Below, one piece after another: positions 41,689 through 52,911 of a stretch of DNA of 64,000 bases. The stretch is taken from assembly GCA_963777955.1 (NCBI GenBank), contig CAVZSQ010000022.1, positions 544,001-608,000 on the forward strand, written 5' to 3'. Position 1 is the first letter of the stretch. Every line of letters begins with the position of its first letter. Made by a program: the position numbers and the translations under genes. The DNA comes from Calditrichia bacterium. Its GTDB lineage: Bacteria; Calditrichota; Calditrichia; JAJRVZ01. A model generated the notes under the pieces. The model saw only the letters and a list, made by a program, of their open reading frames with translations. It ran no database searches and was not told the origin of the DNA.

Positions 41689-42336
41689 ATGAGAAATCTG
41701 CAAGAATTATTTGATGCATACTTACGAACGGAACCGACCGCTGAAAAAATAAAATCGGCAACCTCAATGTTGATCCACATCGGCAAAGCCCTAAATGTAC
41801 CGACCCAGGAAGAGATCGATCGGGAATACTATGCCGATATCACCCGCTCCCTTGATGACTATTTTTCCAAGACACCTGCCAAGGCACGGCTGGACAAGGC
41901 TATCCTGGCGGAAATGATCAGCCGGGTGGGATTAAAACCTTCACTAAAACCGATTCTCGCAGAACTGCTCAGCGACCAGGATGAAAATGTTCGCCAGTTT
42001 ACGTTGCAGAGCCTCGAATATCATGGATGCAAAAATCCCAGGGCCATTTTACCCGTGATCGATAAATACCGTAAATCGGATGATGATGTGATGGTATCGT
42101 CTACTGCTTATCTGACTGCAAAACTGGTCTGCTCAGATTTTTCCCAACTGATGCTGGACCGGCTGGCTCGCTGGTATAAACAGGGATCACAAGTTTTTGT
42201 CACTGATGTCCTGAAACGGACAATTTATCTGCTCAACAAGGGCAATTGCGGAAACGGCAGTCTGGATCTGACTAAATTAAAAGACTGGACCCGGAAAAAT
42301 TGTCCGGAGGCAGTTAAAGTTTTTTCGCATCATTAA
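41689..42336 (+). CDS. Hypothetical protein with HEAT-like repeat
   Basis: 'LLSDQDENVRQ' HEAT-type segment. Confidence 0.55.
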   Translation: MRNLQELFDAYLRTEPTAEKIKSATSMLIHIGKALNVPTQEEIDREYYADITRSLDDYFSKTPAKARLDKAILAEMISRVGLKPSLKPILAELLSDQDENVRQFTLQSLEYHGCKNPRAILPVIDKYRKSDDDVMVSSTAYLTAKLVCSDFSQLMLDRLARWYKQGSQVFVTDVLKRTIYLLNKGNCGNGSLDLTKLKDWTRKNCPEAVKVFSHH

Positions 42337-42436
42337 TCTGGCGGCAGTGATCCGGTTTATCAGGGTTAATTAATCCTGAGTAAAAAAGGTTGTTATTATT
42401 TCTATTAACCGTTCACATTTAACTCAAGATGGCCTC

Positions 42437-43441
42437 ATGTTAAAATTTAAAATCTTCAGAATATTTTTGCTGGCCAGTCTGGGTTTACTGCTGAGCTGTG
42501 CTCCATATTCTTTGCCTGAACCAAAAGTATACTCGAACAAGGATGCCGCCCTGACTGTTTACATGCAAAGCCAGGATCTTTATCAGGCCAATGAATATGC
42601 GCAGGCATTACAACTGATCGATTCGGCACTGGCCATCAATCAGAATGTTGCTCAATTTTATCAGTTGAAAGGCGATATTCTGAGAAAATTAGCACGGTAT
42701 GATTCCGCTTTAGTGTCCTATCTGGCCGCTATCAGTCAACGATCCAACTATACGGAAGTATATATCAATATAGCGGAAATTTATCATCAGCAAAATCACT
42801 TTCATGAATCCGTCCGTTATTATCGTAAGGCACTGGCAGTCGATACAACTCTAACTCCGCTTTACCTGGAAATTGTCAATAACTATATTTCGCTGCAGGA
42901 ATGGGAAGTCGGATTAAATATGCTGGATGATTATGGCAGACTTGTACAGACACGAGGCCAGCCGTTCAATCAGGACTATTATTATTTAAAAGGTAAAATT
43001 CTGTTCAATCAAAAAAATTATCCCCAGGCTATCCGGGAACTATTGCAGTACAGGCCGGAAACGGCATCCAGCCAGGCGGTGCTGGCTCTGTTGGGCCGGA
43101 GTTATTATAATCTGGCAAATTATGAGAGCGGCATTCCCTATTTTAATAAACTGGTACGGATGAATGCGAAAAAAGGAGAATGGTACTATTACCGGGGGAT
43201 CTATTTTTTCCAGAAAAATAATCTGGCGGATGCGGAAAATCAATTTGAGGTTGCTTTAAGTTCCGACAGTACCCTGTACAATTGTCATTATTATCTGGGC
43301 AAAATATATGAATTACAGGGTGAGGTCCGCAGGGCTTTGGAAGAATTTCGTTTATACCGGGAGAGTATGCACTCGATGCAGAGCCTGGGTAGCCAGGGGG
43401 ATGAACTCCGGGAGCTTAAAAGTTATACCGAGGATCAATAA
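42437..43441 (+). CDS. TPR-repeat lipoprotein
   Basis: Lipobox LLSC; multiple TPR motifs (YYYRG.., HYYLGKIY). Confidence 0.8.
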   Translation: MLKFKIFRIFLLASLGLLLSCAPYSLPEPKVYSNKDAALTVYMQSQDLYQANEYAQALQLIDSALAINQNVAQFYQLKGDILRKLARYDSALVSYLAAISQRSNYTEVYINIAEIYHQQNHFHESVRYYRKALAVDTTLTPLYLEIVNNYISLQEWEVGLNMLDDYGRLVQTRGQPFNQDYYYLKGKILFNQKNYPQAIRELLQYRPETASSQAVLALLGRSYYNLANYESGIPYFNKLVRMNAKKGEWYYYRGIYFFQKNNLADAENQFEVALSSDSTLYNCHYYLGKIYELQGEVRRALEEFRLYRESMHSMQSLGSQGDELRELKSYTEDQ

Positions 43442-43465
43442 GGATTCCGGGTAAGGCTGGAATAT

Positions 43466-43846
43466 ATGTTCCATGAAATCGATCCGGAGTTAATAAAACA
43501 ATCGAGTCCTCATTCAATAAAACGATGGTTTCGGGATGCGGAAGCGGAATGCGATTTATTTCTGTGGCAGGATGGAAAAAATAAGTTACAGCGTTTCCAA
43601 TTCAGGTATCAGGATGCCTTGATCGAATGGGATCAGCTGAAAGGAATACGCACCGGTCATATTGATGCCCTCAGCGGCTCCTTTATTCATTATCAAAGTA
43701 AATTATTCCGTTTGCATCAAAACCTGGATCTGGAAATTATTCAGGGTGTCAGACAATTGCTGGATAATAAAGAAGATGATTTACAGGACGGGATGCGTCA
43801 AATACATAAAATCCTTTATGAAATTGCTGCCCGATCCCATAAATGA
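43466..43846 (+). CDS. Hypothetical protein
   Basis: 126-aa ORF in the operon; 'RWF...DLFLW...FQ..Y' pattern, function unknown. Confidence 0.6.
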   Translation: MFHEIDPELIKQSSPHSIKRWFRDAEAECDLFLWQDGKNKLQRFQFRYQDALIEWDQLKGIRTGHIDALSGSFIHYQSKLFRLHQNLDLEIIQGVRQLLDNKEDDLQDGMRQIHKILYEIAARSHK

Positions 43847-43868
43847 TCGCTACTTTTAGAGATAGGTT

Positions 43869-44681
43869 ATGCCGGAACTGCCTGAAGTTGAAGTGATCGT
43901 ACGCGAATTGCGTCAAAAAGTACTGAACGAAGAAATCGTGAATATCAAAGTCCACTGGCCAAAAAGTCTGGTAACGGATGGCCGGGCGCGGCGATCAGCC
44001 TGCGGTACAATCAAGGCGGTCAGGCGCTACGGAAAGTTTATTATATTTCAACTGGATCATCTCTATCTGCTGGTGCATCTGCGCATGACCGGCCGGTTGA
44101 TTGTCAGTAGTGCAGAGAGATTTGATAAAGCGCAATTGCGGGTTCATTTTAAATTCAGATCCGGCAAATCACTCTTGTTTTATGACACCCGTAAATTCGG
44201 CCGGGTATATCTGACGGCAGATGCAAATAAGTTTTTAGGGTCCCTGGGTGTTGATGCCCTCGATGCAAAGTTCGCGTTAAAGAATTTCAAAGTATTACTG
44301 AGCAATAAAACAGGTATAATAAAACCGTTCCTGCTGGATCAGCGTCAATTGGCCGGGTTGGGTAATATCTATGCTGACGAAAGTTTATTCCGGTCCGGTA
44401 TTCATCCGCAGCGGCGGATCAGCAGTCTGTCCGAAAAAGAACTGGGAAGATTATACCGGGCCATCCGCAGAATTCTGCCGGAAGCCATAAAGCATATGGG
44501 CACGACCCTGGCAGACTATAGAACAACTGACGGTGAGTCCGGCCGGAATCAAAAATATTTAAAGGTATACGGACGGGAACAGAATCCCTGTATCCGCTGT
44601 AAAAATCCTGTCGAGAAAAAATGGATCGGCGGCAGGGGTACACATTATTGTCCGGTCTGTCAGCCACTGAAAACAGCATGA
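43869..44681 (+). CDS. mutM: Formamidopyrimidine-DNA glycosylase
   Basis: N-terminal PELPEVE, HLRMTG, GLGNIYADE, C-terminal zinc finger CIRC...CPVCQ. Confidence 0.97.
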   Translation: MPELPEVEVIVRELRQKVLNEEIVNIKVHWPKSLVTDGRARRSACGTIKAVRRYGKFIIFQLDHLYLLVHLRMTGRLIVSSAERFDKAQLRVHFKFRSGKSLLFYDTRKFGRVYLTADANKFLGSLGVDALDAKFALKNFKVLLSNKTGIIKPFLLDQRQLAGLGNIYADESLFRSGIHPQRRISSLSEKELGRLYRAIRRILPEAIKHMGTTLADYRTTDGESGRNQKYLKVYGREQNPCIRCKNPVEKKWIGGRGTHYCPVCQPLKTA

Positions 44682-45493
44682 GCATGAATCTGATAACATT
44701 TCTCAGCGATTTTGGACAGCAGGACGGCTATGCCGGCTGTGTAAAAGGGATTATGTTATCAATTAATCCTAAAGCACAGGTTGTGGACATATCCCATGCT
44801 GTTCAACCTTTCCAGATTGAACAGGGGGCGTATATCCTGGCCAGTTATTATAATGAATTTCCCCGCAAGACTGTGCACCTGGCGGTGGTGGATCCGGGTG
44901 TAGGGGGTAGCCGCATTCCCCTGATCCTGAAAACATCGCGATATTTTTTTGTAGGACCTGACAACGGCATTTTTACTTATATCATGCACAAAGAAGCATA
45001 TCAGGCTTACCGGATCGATCCGCTGCGACTAAGACAACAGCGGTTAGGTTTGCAGAGTAGTTCGACTTTTCAGGCCCGGGATATTTTTGGGCCGGCAGCT
45101 GCTTTATTATCCAAGGGGCAAAATGATTTGCTGTCCCGGCTCACCGATCCGCTTGAGCATGTCCCGCAATTGCTGGCTGATCCGCTCCGCCGCGATCAAC
45201 AGACTTTCCGCGCCAGGGTGATACTTATTGATCATTTCGGAAATATTATCATTGCCTGTACCCAGAATCAATTAGCTGCCAACAAGACCGGAAAGATTCA
45301 TTCGATTAAAATAAAAGACAGGATTTTATCTTCTGTTCACCACACCTACGGCGATGTCACATCAGGATCTCTGCTGGCCCTGTGGAACAGCGCCGGTTTT
45401 CTGGAAATTGCGGTAAATCAGGGTAATGCGGCGGAAGTGTTAGGCGGCGGCGCCGGCGCCGGATTGGATTATGTCGATATTGTACTGGAATAA
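44678..45493 (+). CDS. SAM hydroxide adenosyltransferase / chlorinase-fluorinase family (DUF62)
   Basis: SDFG..D, VDISH, VVDPGVG, GPDNG, TF..RDIF, DHFGN, LEIAVN. Confidence 0.9.
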   Translation: MSMNLITFLSDFGQQDGYAGCVKGIMLSINPKAQVVDISHAVQPFQIEQGAYILASYYNEFPRKTVHLAVVDPGVGGSRIPLILKTSRYFFVGPDNGIFTYIMHKEAYQAYRIDPLRLRQQRLGLQSSSTFQARDIFGPAAALLSKGQNDLLSRLTDPLEHVPQLLADPLRRDQQTFRARVILIDHFGNIIIACTQNQLAANKTGKIHSIKIKDRILSSVHHTYGDVTSGSLLALWNSAGFLEIAVNQGNAAEVLGGGAGAGLDYVDIVLE

Positions 45494-45510
45494 AACACGC
45501 AGGTCAGCTT

Positions 45511-46440
45511 ATGTTTAAATCAATCCGTAATAATTTTAAATCGATCCTTCTGGCAATCGTACTGGCCTCTGCGATCTGGCTGCTGGTCAAGACCGAGGAT
45601 CTTTATCTTTATACATTTAAGGTACCTGTCCGGGTCACCCGGCTGGCCAAAGGTAAGACACTGGCCAGTCCTATTCCCCAAAAAGCGACGATTGAAGTGG
45701 AGGCCAAGGGCAGAGCCTTGCTGGCATTCTATTTTTATGATGCCGGTTTTAACCTGGAATTTCCGGAAGTGAAATCCGAACGCAGGATTGAACTTGATAA
45801 ATACCTGCAGTTTTTGGATGTCCCCAAAACATTTCACATCGAAGTCAGGGAAATTATTGAACCGAAATTTTTTGATCTGAAGGTGGAAGATCTGGTGCAT
45901 ACTGCCAAGAAGATCCATTTTGCCGGATCGATAACACCTGCTGATGGCTATGTGCTGATTGCACATCATTTCCAGCCGGATTCGGTCATCCTGGATGGAC
46001 CTAAATCCCTGATCAGGGCACTGGAATATATTCAAACCGAATCCCTGTATGTAGCCGGGCAGAAGAATAATTTCCAGCATACACTCCGGCTTAAAGAACC
46101 GGCACTCGGCCTGATCACCATGGTGCCCAAACAAGTCGAAGCAGCTTTTGATATTCAACGGCTGGTGGAACGCATTGTTTATGATATACCGGTAAAAGTC
46201 ATCGACGTTCCGGCGAATCTGGCGGTAGAAACCATCCCGCCTTTCCTGGCCTTGCGGATTAAAGGCGGTGAAAAGATTGTTGCGAATGTGCAGGCAGCGG
46301 ACATTCGGGTAGAGATTAATTTTGCCCGCAGTTTCCGGCCTGATAAAGATGAATACAGCGCGTTAATCACTACACCGGCGTCGATCAGCTGGACCGAATC
46401 GATCCCCGGAACATTCAAACTGAAAATCAAGAGGAAGTAA
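45511..46440 (+). CDS. YbbR/CdaR-like membrane-anchored protein
   Basis: '[12 protein letters not shown]' anchor followed by repeated P..V.I.G beta domains. Confidence 0.7.
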   Translation: MFKSIRNNFKSILLAIVLASAIWLLVKTEDLYLYTFKVPVRVTRLAKGKTLASPIPQKATIEVEAKGRALLAFYFYDAGFNLEFPEVKSERRIELDKYLQFLDVPKTFHIEVREIIEPKFFDLKVEDLVHTAKKIHFAGSITPADGYVLIAHHFQPDSVILDGPKSLIRALEYIQTESLYVAGQKNNFQHTLRLKEPALGLITMVPKQVEAAFDIQRLVERIVYDIPVKVIDVPANLAVETIPPFLALRIKGGEKIVANVQAADIRVEINFARSFRPDKDEYSALITTPASISWTESIPGTFKLKIKRK

Positions 46441-46442
46441 TA

Positions 46443-47457
46443 TTGCATTTCCAGATCCTGGGCATCGAGACTTCCTGTGATGAAACTTCAGCCGCTGTGA
46501 TCTCCGCCGATGCCGTTTTGGCCAATATCGTTTCTTCCCAGGCAGTGCACGCACAATTCGGCGGGGTAGTGCCGGAACTCGCTTCACGGGCTCATATCCG
46601 CTTGATCGTGCCGATCGTAGAACAGGCCTTACGGGAAGCTGAACATATCAAAAACCGAATTAAGCGGAATTGCCGTGACCGCAGGCCCGGGCCTGGTGGG
46701 TGCCTTGCTGGTGGGATTAAATTTTGCCAAAGGGATGGCCCAGGCGCTTAAGATTCCAATGGTTGGAATCAATCATATCGAAGGACATATTTATGGAAAT
46801 TTCCTGGCCAATCCGGAAATACCCTTTCCACATTTAAGCCTGGTAGTTTCGGGCGGTCACACGCAACTGGTGCTGATGAGGAATCATCTGCACTACCAGG
46901 TTATCGGCCGGACCCGCGATGACGCTGCCGGTGAAGCTTTCGATAAAGGTGCTAAACTGTTAGGGCTGGGTTACCCGGGAGGTCCGCTGATCGATCAGAA
47001 AGCCGCTGAAGGTAATGCGGAATTTTTCCGCTTTCCCCGAGCTTACCTGAGGGGCATAAATTTTGATTTTAGTTACAGCGGTTTGAAAACGGCCCTGCTG
47101 ATCTATTTACGGTCAAAAGATAAGCAATATATTGCGGAGCAAATGAATCATATCTGTGCCAGTTACCAGCAGGCCGCTGTGGAAGTGCTGGTGCGCAAGA
47201 CGCTTATGGCGGCAAAAAAACATAAAGTAAAATCGGTTGGCGTGGTGGGCGGAGTAGCTGCCAATTCCCTGTTACGAAAGTGGCTGCAATCAGAAATCAT
47301 AAACAGCGGTGCTCAGTTTTATCTGCCGCCGCTGAATTTCTGCACCGATAATGCCGCCATGATAGCCCGGGCCGGTCTGGAAAGAATCAGGCGCGGATTA
47401 GATTCGGCACTGGATATCAATGCCTACCCCTCCTGGCAACTGGATGATAAAAAATAG
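46443..47457 (+). CDS. tsaD: tRNA N6-threonylcarbamoyladenosine synthase, frameshift near 46650
   Basis: [52 protein letters not shown]. Confidence 0.96.
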
Positions 47458-47469
47458 ACGTGTCCGGAT

Positions 47470-49632
47470 ATGTTTGATACAATTCCATCCTTTTTACGCA
47501 CCAATATTTCTCCGTTCATTATCTTAGGCGTATTTCTGGTCGCTGCTATTTTCTCTTATTTACTTTACCGCCGCACCATACCGCCGCTGGCGAACAGTTG
47601 GCGGATAACCCTGTCCATTATTCGCGGCCTGGCTGTGGCCCTGATCCTGTTGCTGCTTTTTACGCCGCAGTTGACCCTGGTCTGGCAGCAGCGGGTCACC
47701 GATAAAATTGCCCTGGTCATCGATCGCTCCGCATCAATGGGTCTGCTGGAAAAGGGGGCCAGCCGGTTAAGCCGGGAGGGAAAAATTGGCGCAGATTTAC
47801 TGGCGGCGGTTCACGGGCCTGTTGAAGTTTCACTTTATGCTTTTAATACCGATACAGTGAGTCTGAAGAGTCCGCAGATCGATTCGGCACAGTTTGCCAC
47901 GGACATCGATGCCGCTCTAACGCATATAATTGCTAAAGAAAAAGATCTGACTGCGCTGATTCTGCTCAGTGATGGTAATTTCACCAGCGGTCGTAATCCG
48001 CTTTATTCCGATGCTTTATTGCGCTGCAGGATACATACCGTGGGTCTAGGCGATACGGTTGATATTCCCGATCTGCTGATAGCCGATGTGCAGGCAAATA
48101 AAATTGTATATCAAAATAAAATTACCCCGGTACAGGTAAATCTGATCGCACGCGGATTCACTGGTAAAGAAACGTTACTGCAGATCAAAGCAGAGGGTAA
48201 AGTTTTAGCAGCTCAGCAGGTGAAGATCAGCACTGCAGGGGGCATTATTCCGGTTTCTCTGAACATTAAACCGGAACAGGCAGGTCTGCGTCACTTTGAA
48301 ATCAGTGTCGATAAGCTGCCCGGTGAAGTTTTACTGGCTAATAACAGGCACCTGCTGGTCGTAGAGGTACTGAAATCAAAAATCAAAGCAACAATGCTGG
48401 CGTCACAACCGGATTTTGACGTCAAGTTTTTGCATCTGTTACTGGCAGCCAATCCTGATCTGGATGTAGAACTGGCAGTCCTGGATCAGGGAATCAAAAG
48501 TCCGGCCGAAGGGTTGCTGAATCGTGTTTTGGATAGTCTGGATGTACTGATTTTGCATGATTTTCCGGCATTGAGTACCAGCCGGGAAAATCTGGGTATT
48601 ATGGAAGAGTTATTAACCAGGCAGAAAGTGCCCTCGTTATTGCTATTCGGGGTTAATTCGTCGACAGTTGACTGGGATTTTATTAACCGGTTTTATTCAC
48701 TGCCGGCGCCAAAGTTTCTCAATCCGGTCTTAAAGACGCAGGTGCTGCTCACGGATTTCGGCAAAACTCTGCCGCTGTTAAATATTTTCAGCTCCGACCA
48801 GGAGAACCTGGATTTCTGGCAGAAATGTCCGCCCATTGAATATCCTTTTGAAAAAGTGGAGGCAGGTAATTCGCAGCGGATTGCTCTGGAGACAGCGGCC
48901 CAGGCCGGTAAAGAAAATATCCGGGTACCGGTACTGATAATTGAACAGAATGCCGGACGCAGGAATGCTTATTTACTTGGTTCCGGTTTCTGGCGCTGGC
49001 ATTTCATGCTGGCCGAAGACCGGGTGTTCCGGGACGGGTGGCAGAGTATTATTAAAAATATGATACGCTGGCTGAGCAGCAGCGGGGGCAGCAACAATGT
49101 ATTACTGAGCACCAATAAAAGAAGTTATCAGGTCGGTGAAACGGTACGGATCAGTACGGAGGTATATGACGGTGATTATAAGCCTGTCGATGACGGGATG
49201 GTTCAACTTAAGGTTTCGGGTCCCGCCGGTGTTTTTGAACTGGATGGAGGATTAATTACAGCGGGAACTTATGCATCCGATTTTCAACTATTGAGCGAAG
49301 GGGATTATACCATAGAGGCGCAGGCGTTCCGGCAGGGCAATGATGTGCCTCTTGGACAGACTTCGACCCGAATTGTGTGTACACCGGTCAATATCGAGTT
49401 TCTGTATACCCGTCAGGATGAACAGTTACTGCGCAAACTGGCTGACAAGAGCGGCGGCCGGTATGTCAGCGAAGATAATTACCGTGATTTATTCAGCGAA
49501 CTGAATTTTCCGGTACGCTACCAGGAAGTGACCAGGACTTTTGAGATCTGGCAGAAAGCGGCTTTGTTATTATTGATTATTTTTTTGTTGAGTATGGAGT
49601 GGTTTGTACGGAAGCGGTTGGGGTTGGCTTGA
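47470..49632 (+). CDS. Membrane protein with vWA domain and glutamine-amidotransferase-like/Ig domains
   Basis: DRSASM MIDAS motif, LSDG, 'WRW', C-terminal TM 'EWFVRKRLGL'. Confidence 0.75.
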   Translation: MFDTIPSFLRTNISPFIILGVFLVAAIFSYLLYRRTIPPLANSWRITLSIIRGLAVALILLLLFTPQLTLVWQQRVTDKIALVIDRSASMGLLEKGASRLSREGKIGADLLAAVHGPVEVSLYAFNTDTVSLKSPQIDSAQFATDIDAALTHIIAKEKDLTALILLSDGNFTSGRNPLYSDALLRCRIHTVGLGDTVDIPDLLIADVQANKIVYQNKITPVQVNLIARGFTGKETLLQIKAEGKVLAAQQVKISTAGGIIPVSLNIKPEQAGLRHFEISVDKLPGEVLLANNRHLLVVEVLKSKIKATMLASQPDFDVKFLHLLLAANPDLDVELAVLDQGIKSPAEGLLNRVLDSLDVLILHDFPALSTSRENLGIMEELLTRQKVPSLLLFGVNSSTVDWDFINRFYSLPAPKFLNPVLKTQVLLTDFGKTLPLLNIFSSDQENLDFWQKCPPIEYPFEKVEAGNSQRIALETAAQAGKENIRVPVLIIEQNAGRRNAYLLGSGFWRWHFMLAEDRVFRDGWQSIIKNMIRWLSSSGGSNNVLLSTNKRSYQVGETVRISTEVYDGDYKPVDDGMVQLKVSGPAGVFELDGGLITAGTYASDFQLLSEGDYTIEAQAFRQGNDVPLGQTSTRIVCTPVNIEFLYTRQDEQLLRKLADKSGGRYVSEDNYRDLFSELNFPVRYQEVTRTFEIWQKAALLLLIIFLLSMEWFVRKRLGLA

Positions 49633-49920
49633 ACAAGGCACAAAGGCACACAGGCACAGAGTAGGGGCGCATTGAATATGCGCCCTTATACAAAATAAGA
49701 TTGTCATCCCAGGAATGTCGGAGACCTGGTGCAGACAGGTCGAAGATCTGCCGACAGGCAGGGTGGTAAGGGGGCTGTTTTAAAGGCCAAAGGGAAAAGG
49801 ATAAAGGGAAAAGGTTTGTAGGCAGCGCTTCGCAGCGCCGAAAAGATGGTAGTCGCGACCTTCAGGTTGCGCTTGATATTTAATATTTGAATGCTGGTAG
49901 CCGCAACTCTTGAGTTGCGG
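49633..49920. repeat. Cluster of GTAG REP-like palindromes and short tandem repeats
   Basis: AGGCACA repeats; GTAGGGGCGCATTGAATATGCGCCC 49661; GTAGGCAGCGCT..AGCGC 49818; GTAGTCGCGACCTTCAGGTTGCG 49849; GTAGCCGCAACTCTTGAGTTGCGG 49897-49920. Confidence 0.75.
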
Positions 49921-50125
49921 AATGATTCCCATAAAGGTTTTAATTGAATTTGCCTTCCATTTTATTATATTTATATAGTTAGAAATAGTTAGGCTATCAT
50001 AGATATTGTGGATTCTAAGAATTCTCTTACAGATTCTTATATTTATTAAATATTGTAATTAAATTGCGGTTAATGGAATACATGTTAATACTGATATTCT
50101 TATCAATAATGAAGGAAGGTGCTGT

Positions 50126-51244
50126 ATGAAAAGGAATATTGTCCTCTTACTTTCCTGTATTTTATTGTTTATCTCAAATTGTAAAGAAAATCCACAAGCG
50201 ACAGATGAAACCTATTCCGTAAGCGGTTCCGTTGAATATGCCGGTTTTTACAAAGAAAATGTCAGTGTGGTGATCGATAACAAGATTAATTGGACCACTA
50301 CTACCGACAATAGCGGATACTTTAATATTCAAAATGTATCAGCCGGAAATCATACGCTCGTCATTTCAAAGGAAAACGAAGATGGAAGTTTCGGTGAAAG
50401 ATCAAATGCAATTGCAGTATACGATGACATTGTAGTAGATAACCTGAAATTACCTAATCCGGTATTCATGTATGATCCGGCGGAAGTTACGGCTAATTCT
50501 GTGTCATTAAAATGGTCACCTTCTATAGCCGCAGATTTTCGCGAGTATAAAATATATCGCCATAACACGTCGGGCCTGGATGAAACTACCGGTACGCTCG
50601 CCCATGTGTCTACCGATATCGATGATACATTATTTGTCGATACAAATTTAAATCCCCTGCAGACCTATTTTTACCGTGTATATGTTATGAACGAGTACGG
50701 CCGGCTGGGCGGCAGTAATATTATGCAGGCCACCACCGGGAATTTTAATGCCATTGCTAACGGCAGTTTTGAAATTCCGGATACTTATACTCAATTCCCG
50801 GCAGAATGGGCCATCGGTTCTGTATTAGCGAGTACCTGCATTGAATATGACTCGACAGTATCTTTCGAAGGCAAATATTCATTGCATTTTTATGCCCTGG
50901 CGGAAGAATATGCCTTTTCCATGGTAGAACAAATAATCGATACGGATAAATTGATTGCCGGCGCGCGCTATGAAGTATCATACTGGGCAAAACATGATTC
51001 GTTATACTCGTATCACGGAAGTTTCACAGAACTTTACCCGGTAGCATATCATATGTGCGAATTTACCGGACCGAGGGACAGTTCCGATTGGGTGCGACAT
51101 TCAGAAACGCTGACCATCCCCGCTGATGCCAATCCCACACATTATTCTTTTCAGCTCTCTGCATTCCAGATTTACAACGTTACCGTGCCGGTTTATCCTT
51201 TAAATTTCTGGGTTGACAATGTTGAATTAAGTAGAATTGAGTAA
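50126..51244 (+). CDS. Lipoprotein with carboxypeptidase-regulatory-like, FN3 and CBM4/9-like domains
   Basis: Lipobox-like ISNC; 'TTTDNSGYF'; 'SVSLKWS...YKIYR...YFYRVY'; 'NGSFE...VDNVEL'. Confidence 0.65.
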   Translation: MKRNIVLLLSCILLFISNCKENPQATDETYSVSGSVEYAGFYKENVSVVIDNKINWTTTTDNSGYFNIQNVSAGNHTLVISKENEDGSFGERSNAIAVYDDIVVDNLKLPNPVFMYDPAEVTANSVSLKWSPSIAADFREYKIYRHNTSGLDETTGTLAHVSTDIDDTLFVDTNLNPLQTYFYRVYVMNEYGRLGGSNIMQATTGNFNAIANGSFEIPDTYTQFPAEWAIGSVLASTCIEYDSTVSFEGKYSLHFYALAEEYAFSMVEQIIDTDKLIAGARYEVSYWAKHDSLYSYHGSFTELYPVAYHMCEFTGPRDSSDWVRHSETLTIPADANPTHYSFQLSAFQIYNVTVPVYPLNFWVDNVELSRIE

Positions 51245-51378
51245 CTCGTAGGTGTTTTAATTAAATCAATATATAGACTATGAATATTAATTATCAAGCA
51301 CTCCTTGGTGCCCGTAAAGAGATATTTATACAAGTATTACCGGATGCAGTCTGGAAATAGTATAAGGTAAGATACTGT

Positions 51379-52542
51379 ATGAAAAAGATTATTTTTCTAT
51401 TAGTACTATGTAATCTTATATATGCCGGGGATCTTGATCGGGTCGGGACTTCAACATTGTGGGTAACCCAGGGTTATGTTTTTGAATCGATCAGCGGAAC
51501 GGGATTCACCAGAAGTATTTATAACCATGTGGCCAATCTGAACGGCACCAATCCGGCAGCGATGTATACCGGAAATAATATTTATATGGGTATCTCCTAT
51601 CAATTGGAGTCGGTGATCAAGCCGGCCTGGGTTGCCAACATCAGTCATGAAAGAGGGCACCTTTATCTGCCACAGTCACTTGGAATTGTATATCCATTAC
51701 GATCATTCCGGATCGGGATTGGTTTCAGTCAGCGCTATAATTCATTTCTTGATCTGGGTAAATTCGAAATAACCACTGTAGAAAATCCTGACGGAACAGG
51801 AGAATTTTGGACCGCTGATAAGAACAATTTAGTGATTTGTTATTCCGGCTTACTCTCTTATTCCATGGCTAATTTGCTACGCACTAATGATGAGTTATGT
51901 CTGGGCATACGATTAAATTACAATACCCTGGATTATACAGAACGTATGTACCTTCTTGAGGCTAAGGGACAGGGGGGAGCCATCGGCTGGGCAGCGGGAG
52001 TGCGGTATGACTTAGCGGATAAATTTCAGATCGGTTTATTTTATGAACGGAATCCCTATTTTAATGAAAAAATTAAAATTACCAACGGTATAATAGAAAT
52101 TGATCCTGATACTTCAGGCATAGGTCGTGATACGCTTATAAATGTCCATATGCCGAAGAATAAATTTCCGGATAGACTGAATTTTGGGGTATTTTACAGG
52201 ATTAATAAATCAATGGAGATGACGCTGGAAATCAGTAATATTTATTGGCAGCAGCTGGATGACAATTCAATCAATTCAATCGATATCTCAGGCACTTTGC
52301 TCGGCCACCTTACGGAACAGCTGTCTTTATGTGCCAGTTTGCTGTCAACCGGTCGTAAATATAGTCAGGAGTTCAATTACGATTATGGTGCTAGCGATAA
52401 TCTAGACGCTCTTTTTTTACTGCTGGGAATGAATTTACGTTATGGTTCTTTTGATTTTGATATTGCTCTGACCACAGCCGCTGTATATGGCGACTGGCGT
52501 GAGCAAATGATAGGTAAATTTGCTTTAGGTTATCATTTATAA
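51379..52542 (+). CDS. Outer-membrane beta-barrel protein (FadL/PorV-like)
   Basis: Signal peptide, NPAA motif, 'ENPDGTGE', C-terminal 'ALGYHL'. Confidence 0.55.
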   Translation: MKKIIFLLVLCNLIYAGDLDRVGTSTLWVTQGYVFESISGTGFTRSIYNHVANLNGTNPAAMYTGNNIYMGISYQLESVIKPAWVANISHERGHLYLPQSLGIVYPLRSFRIGIGFSQRYNSFLDLGKFEITTVENPDGTGEFWTADKNNLVICYSGLLSYSMANLLRTNDELCLGIRLNYNTLDYTERMYLLEAKGQGGAIGWAAGVRYDLADKFQIGLFYERNPYFNEKIKITNGIIEIDPDTSGIGRDTLINVHMPKNKFPDRLNFGVFYRINKSMEMTLEISNIYWQQLDDNSINSIDISGTLLGHLTEQLSLCASLLSTGRKYSQEFNYDYGASDNLDALFLLLGMNLRYGSFDFDIALTTAAVYGDWREQMIGKFALGYHL

Positions 52543-52665
52543 TGACCTTGGACCCGATATAATTCGGGCCAAAGCAGACCATTGATCTGTAATTATGATT
52601 CAATCTGATACTGCCAACCTCGATATAAAAAAATATCTAGCATAAACATAATATTTACACTTGTG

Positions 52666-52687
52666 TTTACACATAATTATGTGTAAA
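52666..52687. promoter_or_regulatory. Perfect palindrome, probable VapBC operator
   Basis: TTTACACATAATTATGTGTAAA, 22 bp upstream of the antitoxin start. Confidence 0.65.
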
Positions 52688-52709
52688 ATAAGAAAAAAAT
52701 GGAGCGAAA

Positions 52710-52911
52710 ATGCCGACTAATTTAGCTATCGATGACAAATTACTCGAAACGGCCAAGCGTATCGGTAAACATAAAACTAAAAAAGACTGTAGTGACCGAA
52801 GCTTTGATTGAATACATCCACAGAAGAGAACAATTGAAAATAATAAAGCTTTTTGGGTCAATCGACTACGAGGCTGATTACGATTACAAACGGCAAAGAA
52901 GTAAAAATTGA
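52710..52911 (+). CDS. vapB: VapB-type (DUF2191-like) antitoxin, frameshift at the A-tract near 52780
   Basis: Manual translation MPTNLAIDDKLLETAKRIGKHKTKK / VVTEALIEYIHRREQLKIIKLFGSIDYEADYDYKRQRSKN*; stop overlaps the vapC start. Confidence 0.85.

Noticed and set aside
46443..47457. tsaD (and other split genes) as pseudogenes or programmed frameshifts
   Set aside because: Normally essential gene with intact motifs; indel frequency across the window points to assembly error.
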